A DNA stretch of 64,000 nucleotides, taken from assembly GCA_965261345.1 (NCBI GenBank), contig OZ253449.1, positions 416,001 through 480,000 on the forward strand. The letters run 5' to 3'. Each line of letters begins with the position of its first letter. The first letter of the stretch is position 1. Shown here in pieces: positions 18,471 through 29,002 of this stretch. The translations under genes were made by a program, and so were the position numbers. Under the pieces are notes generated by a model. That model was not told where the DNA came from and made no database searches. It saw nothing but the letters and a program-made list of their open reading frames with translations. The stretch is from Chloroflexota bacterium (lineage in GTDB: Bacteria; Chloroflexota; UBA11872; VXNJ01).

Positions 18471-18911
18471 TTAGTTCTCCGTGGGAAATTGAGCGGTGTG
18501 AGGATGTTGGGGTCCGGCATAGACATGCAGCCGGCGCAGAGCCCTGCGCCCCATCTTATTGCGCGGCAGCATGCCCTTGACCGCCAGGGAAATAACTCGA
18601 TCGGGGTGAATATCCAGCATCGCTTGCAAATCGCGTTGGCGAAGCCCGCCGGGATAGCCCGAATGACGATAGTATTGCTTCTGCTCGCGCTTGCGTCCGG
18701 TGACGGCGATCTTTTCAGCGTTAACGACTACGACGAAATCTCCCATGTCGAAGTTGGGCGAATAATCGGGTCGCGACTTGCCCATAAGAATCCCGGCCAA
18801 TTGGCTGGCTAAGCGACCGAGCGGTTGTTCGGCGGCGTCGAATAGTTGCCAACCCTTCTTGGCCTGGGCGGGCGCCTTGGCCACGTGGGTTTTAAATATT
18901 GGACTAGGCAT
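18471..18911 (-). CDS. rplM: 50S ribosomal protein L13
   Basis: [27 protein letters not shown] and VKGMLP. Start moved to ATG 18911. Confidence 0.97.
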   Translation of the reverse strand: MPSPIFKTHVAKAPAQAKKGWQLFDAAEQPLGRLASQLAGILMGKSRPDYSPNFDMGDFVVVVNAEKIAVTGRKREQKQYYRHSGYPGGLRQRDLQAMLDIHPDRVISLAVKGMLPRNKMGRRALRRLHVYAGPQHPHTAQFPTEN

Positions 18912-19692
18912 CTTCGGCCACTGTTCTTTCTTGGCGCCCGCGGTGCGCAATCCTCGACCCGTATTCGACCGATCGCAAACTCAGCCCGTGGGCGGGCGCC
19001 GATGGGGCGACCAGCGCGCTGACACAGTCGGAATCAATCATTTCGGCGACGTCGGATCGCGCCCAGCGGGCAGTCCCGACCTGCACCAGGCTGCCAACGA
19101 TACGGCGGACCATTCGCCTGGCAAACGCCGATGCCTTTATGTCGATTACGACAAATTCGTTGCGACGGTGGCAGTAGCAGTCAAATACGTGGCGAATGAT
19201 TGGCCCCGGTTCGGAGGCGAACTGCGAGAAATCGTGCGTCCCGATAAATTCGGCCGCAGCGGCATTCATCAGTTCAGTCCGGAGGTGCGGTGGCACATGC
19301 CAAGCGCAAGCTTTATGCATCGGCGAGCGAGCCACCCGATTCAGTATCTGGTAGCGATAGCTGCGAGCCGAAGCGTTCCGCCGCGGATCAAAATCGGCGG
19401 CCACAAATGCGGTTTCGGTAACCGACAGATCGCGTGGCAACAACCCATTGAAGGCCCCGGTCAATTCGTTTTCGTTGAGGCGCCCAGCGTAGTCAAACGC
19501 GATCACCTGGCCGAAAGCGTGAACACCGGCGTCGGTTCTTCCGGCCCCGCACACGCGGCCCGGCGCACCGCCAAGGACCGACAGCGCCTGTTCCAATTCG
19601 CCTTGCACGGTACGCGCCCGATCCTGGACCTGGAAGCCCGCGAAACCGGACCCATCGTATTCGATGGTCATGCGCACATGTCGGCGTGGCAT
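18904..19692 (-). CDS. truA: tRNA pseudouridine(38-40) synthase
   Basis: [32 protein letters not shown] and APAHGL. Confidence 0.96.
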   Translation of the reverse strand: MPRRHVRMTIEYDGSGFAGFQVQDRARTVQGELEQALSVLGGAPGRVCGAGRTDAGVHAFGQVIAFDYAGRLNENELTGAFNGLLPRDLSVTETAFVAADFDPRRNASARSYRYQILNRVARSPMHKACAWHVPPHLRTELMNAAAAEFIGTHDFSQFASEPGPIIRHVFDCYCHRRNEFVVIDIKASAFARRMVRRIVGSLVQVGTARWARSDVAEMIDSDCVSALVAPSAPAHGLSLRSVEYGSRIAHRGRQERTVAEDA

Positions 19693-19695
19693 TGT

Positions 19696-20046
19696 CTAGA
19701 TAAGCTCGATCTGCGCCAAGCGGGCGGCGTCGCCCTTGCGGGCGCCGATCCGGTAAATCCTGGTGTAGCCGCCCTGCCGGTCGCTAAAGCGCTGGGCCAG
19801 CGGACCAAACAACTTGTCTATGACGATTTCGTCCTGCATCTGCGCAAACGCCTGGCGGCGGGCGTGCTGATCGCCACGTTTGGCCAGCGTGATGAGGTGA
19901 TCGGTTAGTGGACGAATGGCCAGTGCGCGTGGGTGGGTGGTTCGAATCTGCTCATGAATGAACAGCGAACGCACCAGGTTACGCAGCATCGCCCGACGGC
20001 TGCCGGTGTCCCGCCCGAATCGACGTTTCTTGACCCGATGTGTCAT
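19696..20046 (-). CDS. rplQ: 50S ribosomal protein L17
   Basis: AMLRNL, IRTT, LITLAK, RQGGYTRI and RKGDAA. Confidence 0.97.
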   Translation of the reverse strand: MTHRVKKRRFGRDTGSRRAMLRNLVRSLFIHEQIRTTHPRALAIRPLTDHLITLAKRGDQHARRQAFAQMQDEIVIDKLFGPLAQRFSDRQGGYTRIYRIGARKGDAARLAQIELI

Positions 20047-20073
20047 TTCCCAGTCCCGCGATCCAATCGCCGT

Positions 20074-21051
20074 CTAGTCGGCCTTGGGAGCGGCGTGCTG
20101 GTCGAGCGCGGTTTCTATTTCAACCGCCGCCTTCTCGCCGACCCCGCTTAACGACTCGAGACGTCCGTCAGTCCGTAATTTCACCAAGTCCTCAACGAAC
20201 TGGACTTGACCGGACCGCTTGATCGTATTCATGATTCGCCGCGAGAGCAACTCCTCAATGGTGTCCAACGGCGTCTTGTGGCCAACGTCTTGAGTTACCT
20301 CAACCACTACCCGCTCGCCGACCGAAACCGCGGCGACGTGTTGGAGTTCGGTAATCAGGCGTTGCGCGGCATTGGTAACCGCGTCCACCGGAGCGATCGA
20401 ACCGTCGGTCCAGACCTCCAGTGTGAGCCGGTTATTGTCGGTCGCCCGACCAACGCGAACATCGTCGACATTGTAGTTGACGGCCTTAACTGGCGAAAAC
20501 AGCGAATCCATGAGGATCTCGCCGATATCGCGTTCCTTGATCTCATGTTGCTGTTCGCTGCCGCGATAGCCCACCCCGAGCTCGACCCGCATGTCGACCC
20601 GCAACTCACCCTCGCCAACAAGTGTCGCCAGGTGGTGGTCGGGGTTGACGACCTCAATCTCGGGCGGAATTCGGATGTCCTTGTCGGTAACAATTCCGGG
20701 GCCGGCGAAATCGATGGTAGCGGCCACCCCGGGGTCCACGCCGTAGTCGGTTGAGTGAAGGGTTTCAGAGCGCAGCCTAAAACGGGTCTCCTTCAGGTTG
20801 AGGATGAACTCGATTAAGTCCTCACGCATGAAGGGAAGCGTTGAGAATTCATGCAGGCAACCCTCGATCTTCACGCGCGTGATGGCCACGCCGGGCAGCG
20901 AGGAGAGCAGGACCCGGCGTAGGGCATTGCCTAGCGTATGACCGTATCCGCGCGCCAGCGGACTGGCTTCGAACCGACCATAGTCGTCAGTCGCCTCGAC
21001 CGCGTGCACCCGCGGAGCTTGCGCGGTTTCAATTGCCAATTGGGCCTCCAT
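20074..21051 (-). CDS. rpoA: RNA polymerase alpha subunit
   Basis: PLARGYGHTLGNALRRVLLSS, HEFST, DSLFSPV and LEVWTDGS. The CTD is divergent. Confidence 0.97.
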   Translation of the reverse strand: MEAQLAIETAQAPRVHAVEATDDYGRFEASPLARGYGHTLGNALRRVLLSSLPGVAITRVKIEGCLHEFSTLPFMREDLIEFILNLKETRFRLRSETLHSTDYGVDPGVAATIDFAGPGIVTDKDIRIPPEIEVVNPDHHLATLVGEGELRVDMRVELGVGYRGSEQQHEIKERDIGEILMDSLFSPVKAVNYNVDDVRVGRATDNNRLTLEVWTDGSIAPVDAVTNAAQRLITELQHVAAVSVGERVVVEVTQDVGHKTPLDTIEELLSRRIMNTIKRSGQVQFVEDLVKLRTDGRLESLSGVGEKAAVEIETALDQHAAPKAD

Positions 21052-21114
21052 ATTAGTCAGATTTGCTGTTTTTGTTAGGTGTTGAAGGGCAGAAAAGATT
21101 CACGCCACAAGCGA

Positions 21115-21750
21115 TCAGCGCGAGTAGAACTCGACGATCAGGTGTTCCTGTATGACGACGTCCGAGCTCTGGGATCCGGGCAGCCCTACAATTCGCCCGC
21201 TCATCTCCGACGGAGTGACCTCGACCCATTCTTGGCTCGGTCGGTCGGAGTTGATTTCCAGTGCATAGGCAATTACGGCTAGATCGCGGCTGCCTTCGCG
21301 CACCGACACCACATCGCCGACCGAAAGGACCTGCGACGGGCTCTTGGCGCGCGTGCCGTTCACCTGCACGTGCCCGTGATTTACCAGTTGTCGTGCCTGC
21401 TTCCGTGAGGTGGCAAACCCCATCCGGAAGAAAACGTTGTCCAGCCGCATTTCGAGCAGGCGCAGCACGATTTCACCGGTGCGCCCACCTTCGCGTTCGG
21501 CCATCGCAAAATAGCGCCGGAACTGGCGTTCCTGAACGCCATAGGTCCGGCGAACCTTCTGCTTTTCGCGCAACTGTTGGGCGTAATTGGAAATTCGTTG
21601 CCGCATGGTGCGTCCGGTTCCCGGTTGACCGGGTGGAACATTCCGGCGCTCAATTGCGCACTTGGGGGTAAAGCAGCGTTCGCCCTTCAAGAAGAGCTTG
21701 ACGCCCTCGCGTCGACAAAGCCGGCAGTTGGGTCCGGTGTAGCGAGCCAT
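21115..21750 (-). CDS. rpsD: 30S ribosomal protein S4 (Cys/zinc-finger type)
   Basis: MARYTGP-CRLCRREG, LREKQK, LEMRLDN and ARQLVNHGH. Confidence 0.98.
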   Translation of the reverse strand: MARYTGPNCRLCRREGVKLFLKGERCFTPKCAIERRNVPPGQPGTGRTMRQRISNYAQQLREKQKVRRTYGVQERQFRRYFAMAEREGGRTGEIVLRLLEMRLDNVFFRMGFATSRKQARQLVNHGHVQVNGTRAKSPSQVLSVGDVVSVREGSRDLAVIAYALEINSDRPSQEWVEVTPSEMSGRIVGLPGSQSSDVVIQEHLIVEFYSR

Positions 21751-22131
21751 CTAGTTGCGCGGCCGTTTGCGCGGCCGGGGGCCGTTATGAGGGATCGGGG
21801 TCACGTCGGCGATGCTCATGATCTGAAGGCCCGCTGCTTGAAGTGCCCGAATCGCCGCGTCGCGGCCGCTGCCCGGACCCTTAACAAACACCGCTATCCG
21901 TCGCATGCCCAATTCCAGCGCTTGACGGGCCGCCCCGTCCGAGGTGATCTGGGCGGCGTAGGGAGTGCCCTTGCGGGAACCCTTGAATCCGCTGGTGCCA
22001 CCGGATGCCCAGGTCAAAACTGCCCCGGCATCATCGGTGATGGTAACGATCGTGTTGTTAAAAGTCGCATGAATGTGCGCCTGCCCTTCGGTGACCATGC
22101 GCGTGAGCCGGCGTCGGCGTCTAGGTGCCAT
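21751..22131 (-). CDS. rpsK: 30S ribosomal protein S11
   Basis: [26 protein letters not shown] and DVTPIPHNG. Confidence 0.98.
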   Translation of the reverse strand: MAPRRRRRLTRMVTEGQAHIHATFNNTIVTITDDAGAVLTWASGGTSGFKGSRKGTPYAAQITSDGAARQALELGMRRIAVFVKGPGSGRDAAIRALQAAGLQIMSIADVTPIPHNGPRPRKRPRN

Positions 22132-22150
22132 GTTGGATTACTGCCTCGCC

Positions 22151-22531
22151 CTAGCGCTTGATTGACTTTTTGCGAATACCAATTGACGACCTTCGCATTC
22201 GCCGCGTCCGGGCGTTGGTGTGGGTTCGCTGGCCACGCACCGGCAGGCCCAGGCGATGCCGCAGCCCGCGATAACTGCCAACCTCACGCAGACGCGAGAC
22301 ATTTAGGGCTACTTCGCGGCGCAGTTCGCCTTCCACCTTGTGTTCGCGTTCAATGATGTCGCGAACCCTGGCCAACTCGGCGTCGGTCAGATCGCGAACG
22401 CGGGTTCCCGCCCTGATGCGCGCCCGGCGGACTATGGTTTCGCTGGTGCGGCGACCGATTCCATATATATAGGTCAAAGCGATCCAGACCGGTTTGTTAA
22501 CCGGAACATCCACGCCTGATATTCGCGCCAT
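22151..22531 (-). CDS. rpsM: 30S ribosomal protein S13
   Basis: [17 protein letters not shown] and [24 protein letters not shown]. Confidence 0.98.
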   Translation of the reverse strand: MARISGVDVPVNKPVWIALTYIYGIGRRTSETIVRRARIRAGTRVRDLTDAELARVRDIIEREHKVEGELRREVALNVSRLREVGSYRGLRHRLGLPVRGQRTHTNARTRRMRRSSIGIRKKSIKR

Positions 22532-22533
22532 CT

Positions 22534-22647
22534 TTAGCCTTGTTTTTGATTGTGGCGGCGATTGTCACAGATAACCATGACCACCCCGCGGCGCTTGATT
22601 ACTTTGCATTTCATACAGCGCGTGCGCACCGATGCCGAAACCTTCAT
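22534..22647 (-). CDS. rpmJ: 50S ribosomal protein L36 (zinc-binding form; absent from the ORF track)
   Basis: Hand translation: [37 protein letters not shown], between infA and rpsM. Confidence 0.97.
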   Translation of the reverse strand: MKVSASVRTRCMKCKVIKRRGVVMVICDNRRHNQKQG

Positions 22648-22658
22648 AACTTAGCCGA

Positions 22659-22886
22659 TCAGCGCGAGTCAGGCAGGCGCCAGGTAATGCGCCCGCGGGT
22701 TAGGTCGTAGGGTGTGAATTCAACCCGCACCTTGTCACCGATGCCGATCCGGATGTGATTCATGCGTAGCTTGCCCGAAAGATGTGCCAAGACAACGGCG
22801 CCGTTCTCAAGTTGAATCTTGAAATTGGTATCAGGAAGCGAATCACGAACGACTCCTTCTACCTCGATGACGTCTTTTTTGGCCAA
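22659..22886 (-). CDS. infA: Translation initiation factor IF-1
   Basis: [20 protein letters not shown] and PYDLTRGRI. Confidence 0.97.
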   Translation of the reverse strand: MAKKDVIEVEGVVRDSLPDTNFKIQLENGAVVLAHLSGKLRMNHIRIGIGDKVRVEFTPYDLTRGRITWRLPDSR

Positions 22887-22939
22887 CGAGCTTTAAATCC
22901 CTAAACAGCGAGCCGGCAGCGCGTGACAATTCTTTTTAA

Positions 22940-23015
22940 GGTCCCAGAGCCCTCGAGCGGGAGATACAAAATCGACCCGCCGGGTCGAGTGCATCCGCTT
23001 GGGCCGGCTGGGTCC
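22940..23015 (-). ncRNA. Candidate structured 5' leader of the infA-rpmJ-rpsMKD-rpoA-rplQ transcript
   Basis: Five nested helices on the mRNA strand: CCCAG/CUGGG, GCCC/GGGC, AGCGG/CCGCU, AUGCA/UGUAU and UCGACCC/GGGUCGA. Confidence 0.5.
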
Positions 23016-23036
23016 TGCGCCTTGCCGAGCGTTGAG

Positions 23037-23063
23037 ATTATAGAACTTTTGCCACCCGATCAA
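23037..23063 (-). promoter_or_regulatory. Candidate internal promoter upstream of infA
   Basis: Perfect TATAAT (23042-23037), with TTGATC 15 nt upstream. Confidence 0.55.
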
Positions 23064-23710
23064 TTGGTGCCCCGCAGCGATCCGGCGGCACTCTCGCTGC
23101 CTGTTAGACGGACCTGAAAACTTTCAATACGGTCTGCGATCAGGGTCAACACGTCGTTGTGGACAGCGGCAACATCGCGGTCGCCATCAATGTCGAATAG
23201 GACTTGTTGATTAACGTAATGATCAAAAACCGGGCGAGTAGCCTCATCGTAAATGGCCAGGCGATGGTCGATGATTTCACGTGTATCGTCGGGCCGACCA
23301 CGGGTAATCATTCGAGAGATCTTGGACGCGTTTTCGACTTTCAAGTGGATGACCGCGACGATCCGCGATTGCCTGCGTTCAAGCCATTCATCAAAATATC
23401 GCGCCTGCGTGGGGGTGCGCGGGAATCCATCGATCACCACCCCGGAGCTGTGCTGGCACATCCGCTCAATTTCGGCGGTAATGAGCTGCACCGTCAATCC
23501 GTCAGGGATCAGGTCGCCGGCCGCCAATTTCTGGCGCACCAGCTCGGAAAGCGAGTCCCTCGCCGATTCGATTCGCCGGAAGAAATCTCCAGAGGAGAGG
23601 TGCTCAAGGCCCAGCGATCCGTTCAACAGCTCGGCTTGGGTGCCCTTGCCGCAACCGGGCCCACCCAACAAAACGATCAACAAATTGTCAGAGAACGCGG
23701 CCCAATTCAA
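23060..23710 (-). CDS. adk: Adenylate kinase, short-LID type
   Basis: GGPGCGKGTQA, HLSSGD, GDLIPD, DGFPRT and RGRPDD. Overlaps the secY stop. Confidence 0.95.
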   Translation of the reverse strand: MNWAAFSDNLLIVLLGGPGCGKGTQAELLNGSLGLEHLSSGDFFRRIESARDSLSELVRQKLAAGDLIPDGLTVQLITAEIERMCQHSSGVVIDGFPRTPTQARYFDEWLERRQSRIVAVIHLKVENASKISRMITRGRPDDTREIIDHRLAIYDEATRPVFDHYVNQQVLFDIDGDRDVAAVHNDVLTLIADRIESFQVRLTGSESAAGSLRGTN

Positions 23711-24984
23711 AGGAACGCCTCGTATTCACGCATCATAAGTTGCGATTCAAGCTGACGCATCGTATCGAGTACGACGCCGACGGTGATCAACAACCCGGTT
23801 GAACTTAAGGCCACCGCGGTCACCCCCGTGCCCAGGCCCACAAAAAAGGGAACGATCGCGATCAGACCGAGGAATATTCCACCGGCCAGGGTGATTCGAT
23901 TGAGGATCCGGTTGAGGAACAGCGCGGTCGGACGGCCCGGTCGAATACCCGGTATGAAGCCTCCGTTTTTTTGCAGGTTTTCCGGAAGATTCTGCTGATT
24001 AAAGACCACTATGGTATAGAAAAAGGTAAATGCAACCACCAACAGGAAGGTCGCGAACCAATATGGAAACGCCTGCGGCCCGAACCAGTCGGCCAGTACT
24101 CCGGAAAATTCGGCCAGCCAGAGGGTGTCGGAAGTGGCCGCATATTGGGCAATTGTTGCCGGCATCAACATGATCGAAAAGGCAAAGATCAGCGGAATCA
24201 TTCCGGCCGAATTGATTTTCATCGGGATGTGCGTCGACCGCCCGCCGTAGATTCGATTCCCGCGCACCCGCTTGGCATAGCTGACCGGGATACGGCGTTG
24301 GCCCTCGTGCACGAATACGATCGCCGCCACCATAAGCACGCCAATTACCGCGAAGGCGCCCAATCCGGTAAATTCCTCGCCGCTCAAAAGCGATTGACCA
24401 AGGGCCGGGGGTACGCCGGCGACAATCCCGCCGAGGATGATGATCGAGACGCCGTTGCCGATGCCGCGTTCGGTAATAAGCTCGCCCAGCCAGTAGAGAA
24501 ACATGGTTCCGGCGGCCATGATCAGGAGCATGCCGAGAATGGTCGGCGCCGGCAGGTCACCGATCGGCGAGGGCGCAACCGAGCGCAAGATCTGGATTTG
24601 CGCGTAACCCTGCATCATCGCCAGCGGCACCGTAAACAGCCGAGTATAGAATGCCAGCTTCTTGCGGCCGGCGTCGCCGCCTTCGCGTGAAAGCTCTTTG
24701 AGCTGAGGAACGATCGGCACCAGGATATTGAAGATGATCGAGGCGGTTATATAGGGATAGACGCCGAGCGCGACGACCGAAAAGTTCTCCAGTGCGCCGC
24801 CTGATAGGAGGTTGAGGAATCCCAGTAACTGGTCACCTTCAAACCGCTGCTGGAGCAGCGACAGGTCGACATTTGGGAGCGGGATGTGGGCGACAACCCG
24901 AAAAATAATCAACATCCCAAGCGTAAAGAGGATCTTGTTGCGCAGATCCGGCAGTCGGAACGCTGAAACGGTAGCTTGAATCAT
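23707..24984 (-). CDS. secY: Preprotein translocase subunit SecY
   Basis: LGVYPYITASI, WLGELITERGIGNGVS, GMIPLIFA and FIPGIRPG. Confidence 0.98.
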   Translation of the reverse strand: MIQATVSAFRLPDLRNKILFTLGMLIIFRVVAHIPLPNVDLSLLQQRFEGDQLLGFLNLLSGGALENFSVVALGVYPYITASIIFNILVPIVPQLKELSREGGDAGRKKLAFYTRLFTVPLAMMQGYAQIQILRSVAPSPIGDLPAPTILGMLLIMAAGTMFLYWLGELITERGIGNGVSIIILGGIVAGVPPALGQSLLSGEEFTGLGAFAVIGVLMVAAIVFVHEGQRRIPVSYAKRVRGNRIYGGRSTHIPMKINSAGMIPLIFAFSIMLMPATIAQYAATSDTLWLAEFSGVLADWFGPQAFPYWFATFLLVVAFTFFYTIVVFNQQNLPENLQKNGGFIPGIRPGRPTALFLNRILNRITLAGGIFLGLIAIVPFFVGLGTGVTAVALSSTGLLITVGVVLDTMRQLESQLMMREYEAFL

Positions 24985-25052
24985 GCCGGTTCAGGTTCAG
25001 CCAGGCAGCGTAGCGGCGACATTTTTACGGCCACCGATACTAGGCCAGATTC

Positions 25053-25499
25053 TTAATTGACGACCCGTGCGGCGCCGCCAGCCGCCTCGATCTTGGCGAT
25101 CGCGGCTGCCGAAAACTGGGTAGCGCATACATTGAGTCGGCGTTCCAGATCACCGTCGCCCAGGATCTTGATCGGCCCGCGCTTGGCGATACCGGCGGCA
25201 ATTAACTCGCTGGGTCCAACTTCGTCGCCGTCGTTGAAGACATTTAGCGCCGAGACGTTGACTGGCTCATACTGCTTTCGAAACCGGGCGTTTGAAAAAC
25301 CGGGGAGCTTGGGAAAACGCCTAAGGATCGGCGTCTGGCCGCCCTCGGCATACCAGCGACGGGTGCTGCCGGCGCGTGAATTGGCGCCCTTCTGGCCGCG
25401 CCCAGCGGTTCGCCCGCGTCCCGATCCAATGCCACGGCCTCGCCGTTGCTGCTTGCCCTTGAGCGACCCGGACAGCATGTTTTTAATTACACTACGCAT
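25053..25499 (-). CDS. rplO: 50S ribosomal protein L15
   Basis: GRGIGSGRGRTAGRGQKG, EGGQTP, KILGDG and KIEAAGG. Start moved to ATG 25499. Confidence 0.96.
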   Translation of the reverse strand: MRSVIKNMLSGSLKGKQQRRGRGIGSGRGRTAGRGQKGANSRAGSTRRWYAEGGQTPILRRFPKLPGFSNARFRKQYEPVNVSALNVFNDGDEVGPSELIAAGIAKRGPIKILGDGDLERRLNVCATQFSAAAIAKIEAAGGAARVVN

Positions 25500-25689
25500 C
25501 GCCGGCATCCTTGTCCGCGACCGCGCAAACTGTAACCAGGTGTCGAACCGAGTGGACCATGCCTCGAATAACCGGGTTATCGTCGTGCCGCACAGTCTGG
25601 CCAATCTTGCGCAGGCCGAGGGCCATGACGGTGGCTTTCTGGTTGGCCTTGTTCCCGATCGGACTACGCCGCAGCGATACGTCAATCAT
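25492..25689 (-). CDS. rpmD: 50S ribosomal protein L30
   Basis: [16 protein letters not shown] and [12 protein letters not shown]. Start at ATG 25689. Confidence 0.95.
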   Translation of the reverse strand: MIDVSLRRSPIGNKANQKATVMALGLRKIGQTVRHDDNPVIRGMVHSVRHLVTVCAVADKDAGDA

Positions 25690-26203
25690 TGTCGTTGCGC
25701 GATCGATTCTGATTGCGCCGTGGGCGTCGCAATTTTGCACCCCTGGGTACGCTGAGGTCGTTGAGCGCCACCAGGGTGGCCTTGGCCAGATTCATCGAAT
25801 TTGAGGAACCGAACGCCTTGGTCAGGACGTTTGAAATGCCGGCCGCCTCTACCACCGCACGCACCGCGCCGCCGGCAATTACCCCGGTTCCCGGACTGGA
25901 CGGCCGCAGGATTACCTTGGAGGCGCCGAAGCGGCCTTCAACGTAATGAGGGATCGTCCCGTCGGTACGGACCGGAACCGTGACCATCGAGGCCCGCGCT
26001 TTTTCGTGCGCCTTGCGGATCGCCGACGCGACTTCGCGCGCCTTGCCTATCCCCAAACCGACCCGAGTCTGCCCGTCCCCGACGACAACAACGGCGTTAA
26101 AGCCAAAGGTTCGTCCACCTTTGACTACTTTGGCCACCCGCTTAATGCGAACGACTCGCTCGTCGTTGCGTTGTCCGCCGTCGACGCCACCTCTTGAACT
26201 CAA
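25682..26203 (-). CDS. rpsE: 30S ribosomal protein S5
   Basis: [16 protein letters not shown] and PGTGVIAGG. Confidence 0.97.
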   Translation of the reverse strand: MSSRGGVDGGQRNDERVVRIKRVAKVVKGGRTFGFNAVVVVGDGQTRVGLGIGKAREVASAIRKAHEKARASMVTVPVRTDGTIPHYVEGRFGASKVILRPSSPGTGVIAGGAVRAVVEAAGISNVLTKAFGSSNSMNLAKATLVALNDLSVPRGAKLRRPRRNQNRSRNDND

Positions 26204-26218
26204 ATTGTTTGGCTTCCT

Positions 26219-26575
26219 CTAGATTTTTAGGCCGGCATTGCGCGCTGCGTCGGCTAGCGCCGCAACCCGGCCGTGATAGCGGTGACCACCACGGTCAAAA
26301 ACCGCCACTTGAATGTCTACTTTCGCGGCGCGCTCGGCAATCAATTGCCCGACGCGCTGCGCTCTTTCAATTTTGCTGCCGCCAGCGGCAAACCCGGCGT
26401 CCATGGTCGAGGCCGCGGCCAGAGTCCGACCCGAATCATCGTCAATCAGTTGACCATAAATGTGACGGTTGCTTCGAAAAACCGCCAATCGTGGCCGCCC
26501 GGCATCACCGCGGATCTTCTTGCGGATGACCCGATGCCGGCGCCGGCGTTCTGATTCTGCCGACCGCTTACTCAT
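26219..26575 (-). CDS. rplR: 50S ribosomal protein L18
   Basis: [14 protein letters not shown] and [12 protein letters not shown]. Confidence 0.97.
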   Translation of the reverse strand: MSKRSAESERRRRHRVIRKKIRGDAGRPRLAVFRSNRHIYGQLIDDDSGRTLAAASTMDAGFAAGGSKIERAQRVGQLIAERAAKVDIQVAVFDRGGHRYHGRVAALADAARNAGLKI

Positions 26576-27123
26576 CGTCCGGCTCCAATCGCCGATTTAC
26601 CAGGCTTGAGTCGGACAACTTCGCCCGAATAGCGAATACCCTTCCCTTTGTAGGCATCGGGCTTGCGGACCGCGCGGAGGTTGGCCGCTGTACGTCCAAC
26701 CAGTTCTTTGTCGATTCCGCGCACTCTTACCCGATTGGCGCCCTCGAGCTGCAGCTCGATGCCGTCGGGGGCTCGAAACACCACCGGGTGTGACATGCCG
26801 ATTTGCATTTCGATTCCTTCGGCGTGGGGCTGGGCACGATATCCAGTTCCGACGATGTCCAGGGTTTTCGAATAACCCTGGGTAACTCCGATCACGTTGT
26901 TGGCAATCAGGGTGCGGAAGAGCCCGTGCAGCGACCGCAGCCGGGCGGAGTTGCTGCGCCGCAGAACTCGAACTTCGCCATCGGTGTGGTCAGCCGTGAT
27001 GCCGGACTGCAGTTGCACCTGCAAACTACCCAGCGGACCGCGGACTTCTACCAATCCGCCGTTCGCGCAGTCGACCTGCACCCCTTCGGGCAGGCTGATC
27101 GGGGCTTGTCCAACACGCGACAT
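26572..27123 (-). CDS. rplF: 50S ribosomal protein L6
   Basis: MSRVG, GPLG, GTGYRA and [11 protein letters not shown]. Confidence 0.97.
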   Translation of the reverse strand: MSRVGQAPISLPEGVQVDCANGGLVEVRGPLGSLQVQLQSGITADHTDGEVRVLRRSNSARLRSLHGLFRTLIANNVIGVTQGYSKTLDIVGTGYRAQPHAEGIEMQIGMSHPVVFRAPDGIELQLEGANRVRVRGIDKELVGRTAANLRAVRKPDAYKGKGIRYSGEVVRLKPGKSAIGAGR

Positions 27124-27133
27124 GGAAGCTCTC

Positions 27134-27556
27134 CTACCAGACCGAGCAGATATGCTCGCCGCCGAGTTTGCGGCGATAGGCCTGACGGCCGGTCATTACC
27201 CCTTGCGAGGTTGAAATTATGGCAATTCCGGTGCCGCCACGAATGAGCGGGATGTCGGCCGCCTTGGTATAGGCGCGGAGGCCGGGCTTTGAAACGCGCT
27301 TGGCGGCGCGAATGATCGGCTCTCGGTCGGCATCGTATTTGAGTGCGATCTTGAGCAACGGTTGCGGACCGTTTTCAACCGGCTCGAAACCGAGGATATA
27401 TCCCTCACTCTCCAAGATTCCCAGAATCTTGGCCTTCTGCTTCGATGCCGGGACCTGAGTATGCGGCAAGCCAGCATCGCCGGCATTGCGCAATCGGGTA
27501 AGCAGATCTGCAACCGGATCCGAGTGGGTGTAGGGAATTATTTTGTAAGCGTCCAT
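27134..27556 (-). CDS. rpsH: 30S ribosomal protein S8
   Basis: DPVADLLTRLRNA, SKPGLR, STSQG and GGE. Confidence 0.97.
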   Translation of the reverse strand: MDAYKIIPYTHSDPVADLLTRLRNAGDAGLPHTQVPASKQKAKILGILESEGYILGFEPVENGPQPLLKIALKYDADREPIIRAAKRVSKPGLRAYTKAADIPLIRGGTGIAIISTSQGVMTGRQAYRRKLGGEHICSVW

Positions 27557-27560
27557 CTGT

Positions 27561-27746
27561 CTACCAGCTCGACTTGATCACGCCGGGAATTTCGCCGCGC
27601 AGGGCGCGTTCGCGAAAACAGATACGGCAAAGATTGAATTTGCGCATGTAACCGCGCGGTCGACCGCACAATCCACAGCGGTGACGATGACGAACCTTAA
27701 AGCGCGGCGTGCGCTTCCATTTTTCGATCAGCGCTTTTTTAGCCAT
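27561..27746 (-). CDS. rpsN: 30S ribosomal protein S14, 61-aa zinc-binding form
   Basis: CGLCGRPR...CRICFRE and PGVIKSSW. Confidence 0.97.
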   Translation of the reverse strand: MAKKALIEKWKRTPRFKVRHRHRCGLCGRPRGYMRKFNLCRICFRERALRGEIPGVIKSSW

Positions 27747-27751
27747 TGCCT

Positions 27752-28303
27752 TTAAGCACCTTCAGCCTGGAACGGACAGCCCATCGCTTCGAGCAACGCT
27801 AATCCGTGGGCGTCGTTTCCGGCGGTGGTAACAAAATTGACTTGAAAACCGCGCACGCGGTCGATTTGGGTGTAGTCGATCTCGGGAAATATCAACTGTT
27901 CATTGAAACCGATCGAATAATTTCCGCGGCCGTCAAACGACCGTCGCGAAAGCCCGCGGAAATCGCGAACCCGTGGTATTCCGATTGAAAACAAACGATC
28001 AACGAAGTTGTACATCGCCTCGCCGCGAAGGGTCGCCATGACTCCGACGCGCATACCCTTGCGCAGCGAAAAATTAGAAATTGATCGCGTCGCACGCGTA
28101 ATTACCGGCTTTTGTCCGGTGATGATACCCAGGTCGCGAGCCGTGTTTTCGGGAGCGTTTTGATCAGAAACCGCCTCGCCCACGCCACTGTTGACCACCA
28201 CCTTGGTAAGCCTTGGGACCTCCATGACGTTGTCAATGCCAAGGTCGCGCGCCAGACGCGGACGAAGGTCGGCAAAGTAACGGTGCTTGAGTCGCGAGGC
28301 CAT
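27752..28303 (-). CDS. rplE: 50S ribosomal protein L5
   Basis: [21 protein letters not shown] and IFPEI. Confidence 0.98.
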   Translation of the reverse strand: MASRLKHRYFADLRPRLARDLGIDNVMEVPRLTKVVVNSGVGEAVSDQNAPENTARDLGIITGQKPVITRATRSISNFSLRKGMRVGVMATLRGEAMYNFVDRLFSIGIPRVRDFRGLSRRSFDGRGNYSIGFNEQLIFPEIDYTQIDRVRGFQVNFVTTAGNDAHGLALLEAMGCPFQAEGA

Positions 28304-28626
28304 CAGTCGTCCAGCACTTCGCCGGTGGATTTGGCATAGCGAACCCGTCGACCATCGGCCAGCGTCCGCCGGCCGACCCGCGATGGTTTCTGGGTGGACG
28401 GGTCGATCAGCTGGACATTGGAAACATCTATCGGCGCAGGGAAATCGATGATCCCAGTGGGTCGCCCTGGACCCGAAAACTTGGCATGTTTCTTGCGCAG
28501 ATTGATTCCTTCGATCACCACTTGACGCTTGCCCTTTATCACCTGCGTAACTGAGCCGCGTTTGCCGCGTTCGGGGCCGGCAATGACCATGACTTCGTCA
28601 CCGGATCTGATACGGATTGATGCCAT
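28303..28626 (-). CDS. rplX: 50S ribosomal protein L24
   Basis: GDEVMVIAG, IEGIN and APIDVSNV. Confidence 0.97.
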   Translation of the reverse strand: MASIRIRSGDEVMVIAGPERGKRGSVTQVIKGKRQVVIEGINLRKKHAKFSGPGRPTGIIDFPAPIDVSNVQLIDPSTQKPSRVGRRTLADGRRVRYAKSTGEVLDD

Positions 28627-28633
28627 GTTCGAC

Positions 28634-29002
28634 CTAGAGAACCTCGGGAGCGAGTGAAATCACGCGCGCAAACTTGGCGTCGCGCAGTTCGCGGGCAACC
28701 GGTCCGAACACGCGGGTCCCAATCGGGGCCCGCTGAGCGTCGACTAGCACCGCGGCATTGTCGTCAAAACGGATGCGCGACCCATCGCGCCGTTTGTATT
28801 CCTTGGCAACTCGCACGATCACCGCATGGGTCACTCGGCCTTTGGGAATCGGGCTGTTCGCGACCGCCGACTTTACCGAACCCACGACGATGTCGCCGAC
28901 CGAAGCGTAGCGCCGACCGGTCCCGCCAAGTACGCGGATAACAAGTAATTCGCGAGCGCCGGTGTTGTCGGCAACTCGGACCCGCGATTGTTGTTGAATC
29001 AT
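28634..29002 (-). CDS. rplN: 50S ribosomal protein L14
   Basis: [26 protein letters not shown] and SLAPEVL. Confidence 0.98.
   Translation of the reverse strand: MIQQQSRVRVADNTGARELLVIRVLGGTGRRYASVGDIVVGSVKSAVANSPIPKGRVTHAVIVRVAKEYKRRDGSRIRFDDNAAVLVDAQRAPIGTRVFGPVARELRDAKFARVISLAPEVL

Noticed and set aside
18778-19908. 376-aa plus-strand ORF, and similar long ORFs at 13111-13974, 47235-48446, 23971-24690 and 39307-40011
   Set aside because: They are antisense shadows of well-supported genes in GC-rich DNA and show no recognisable motifs.
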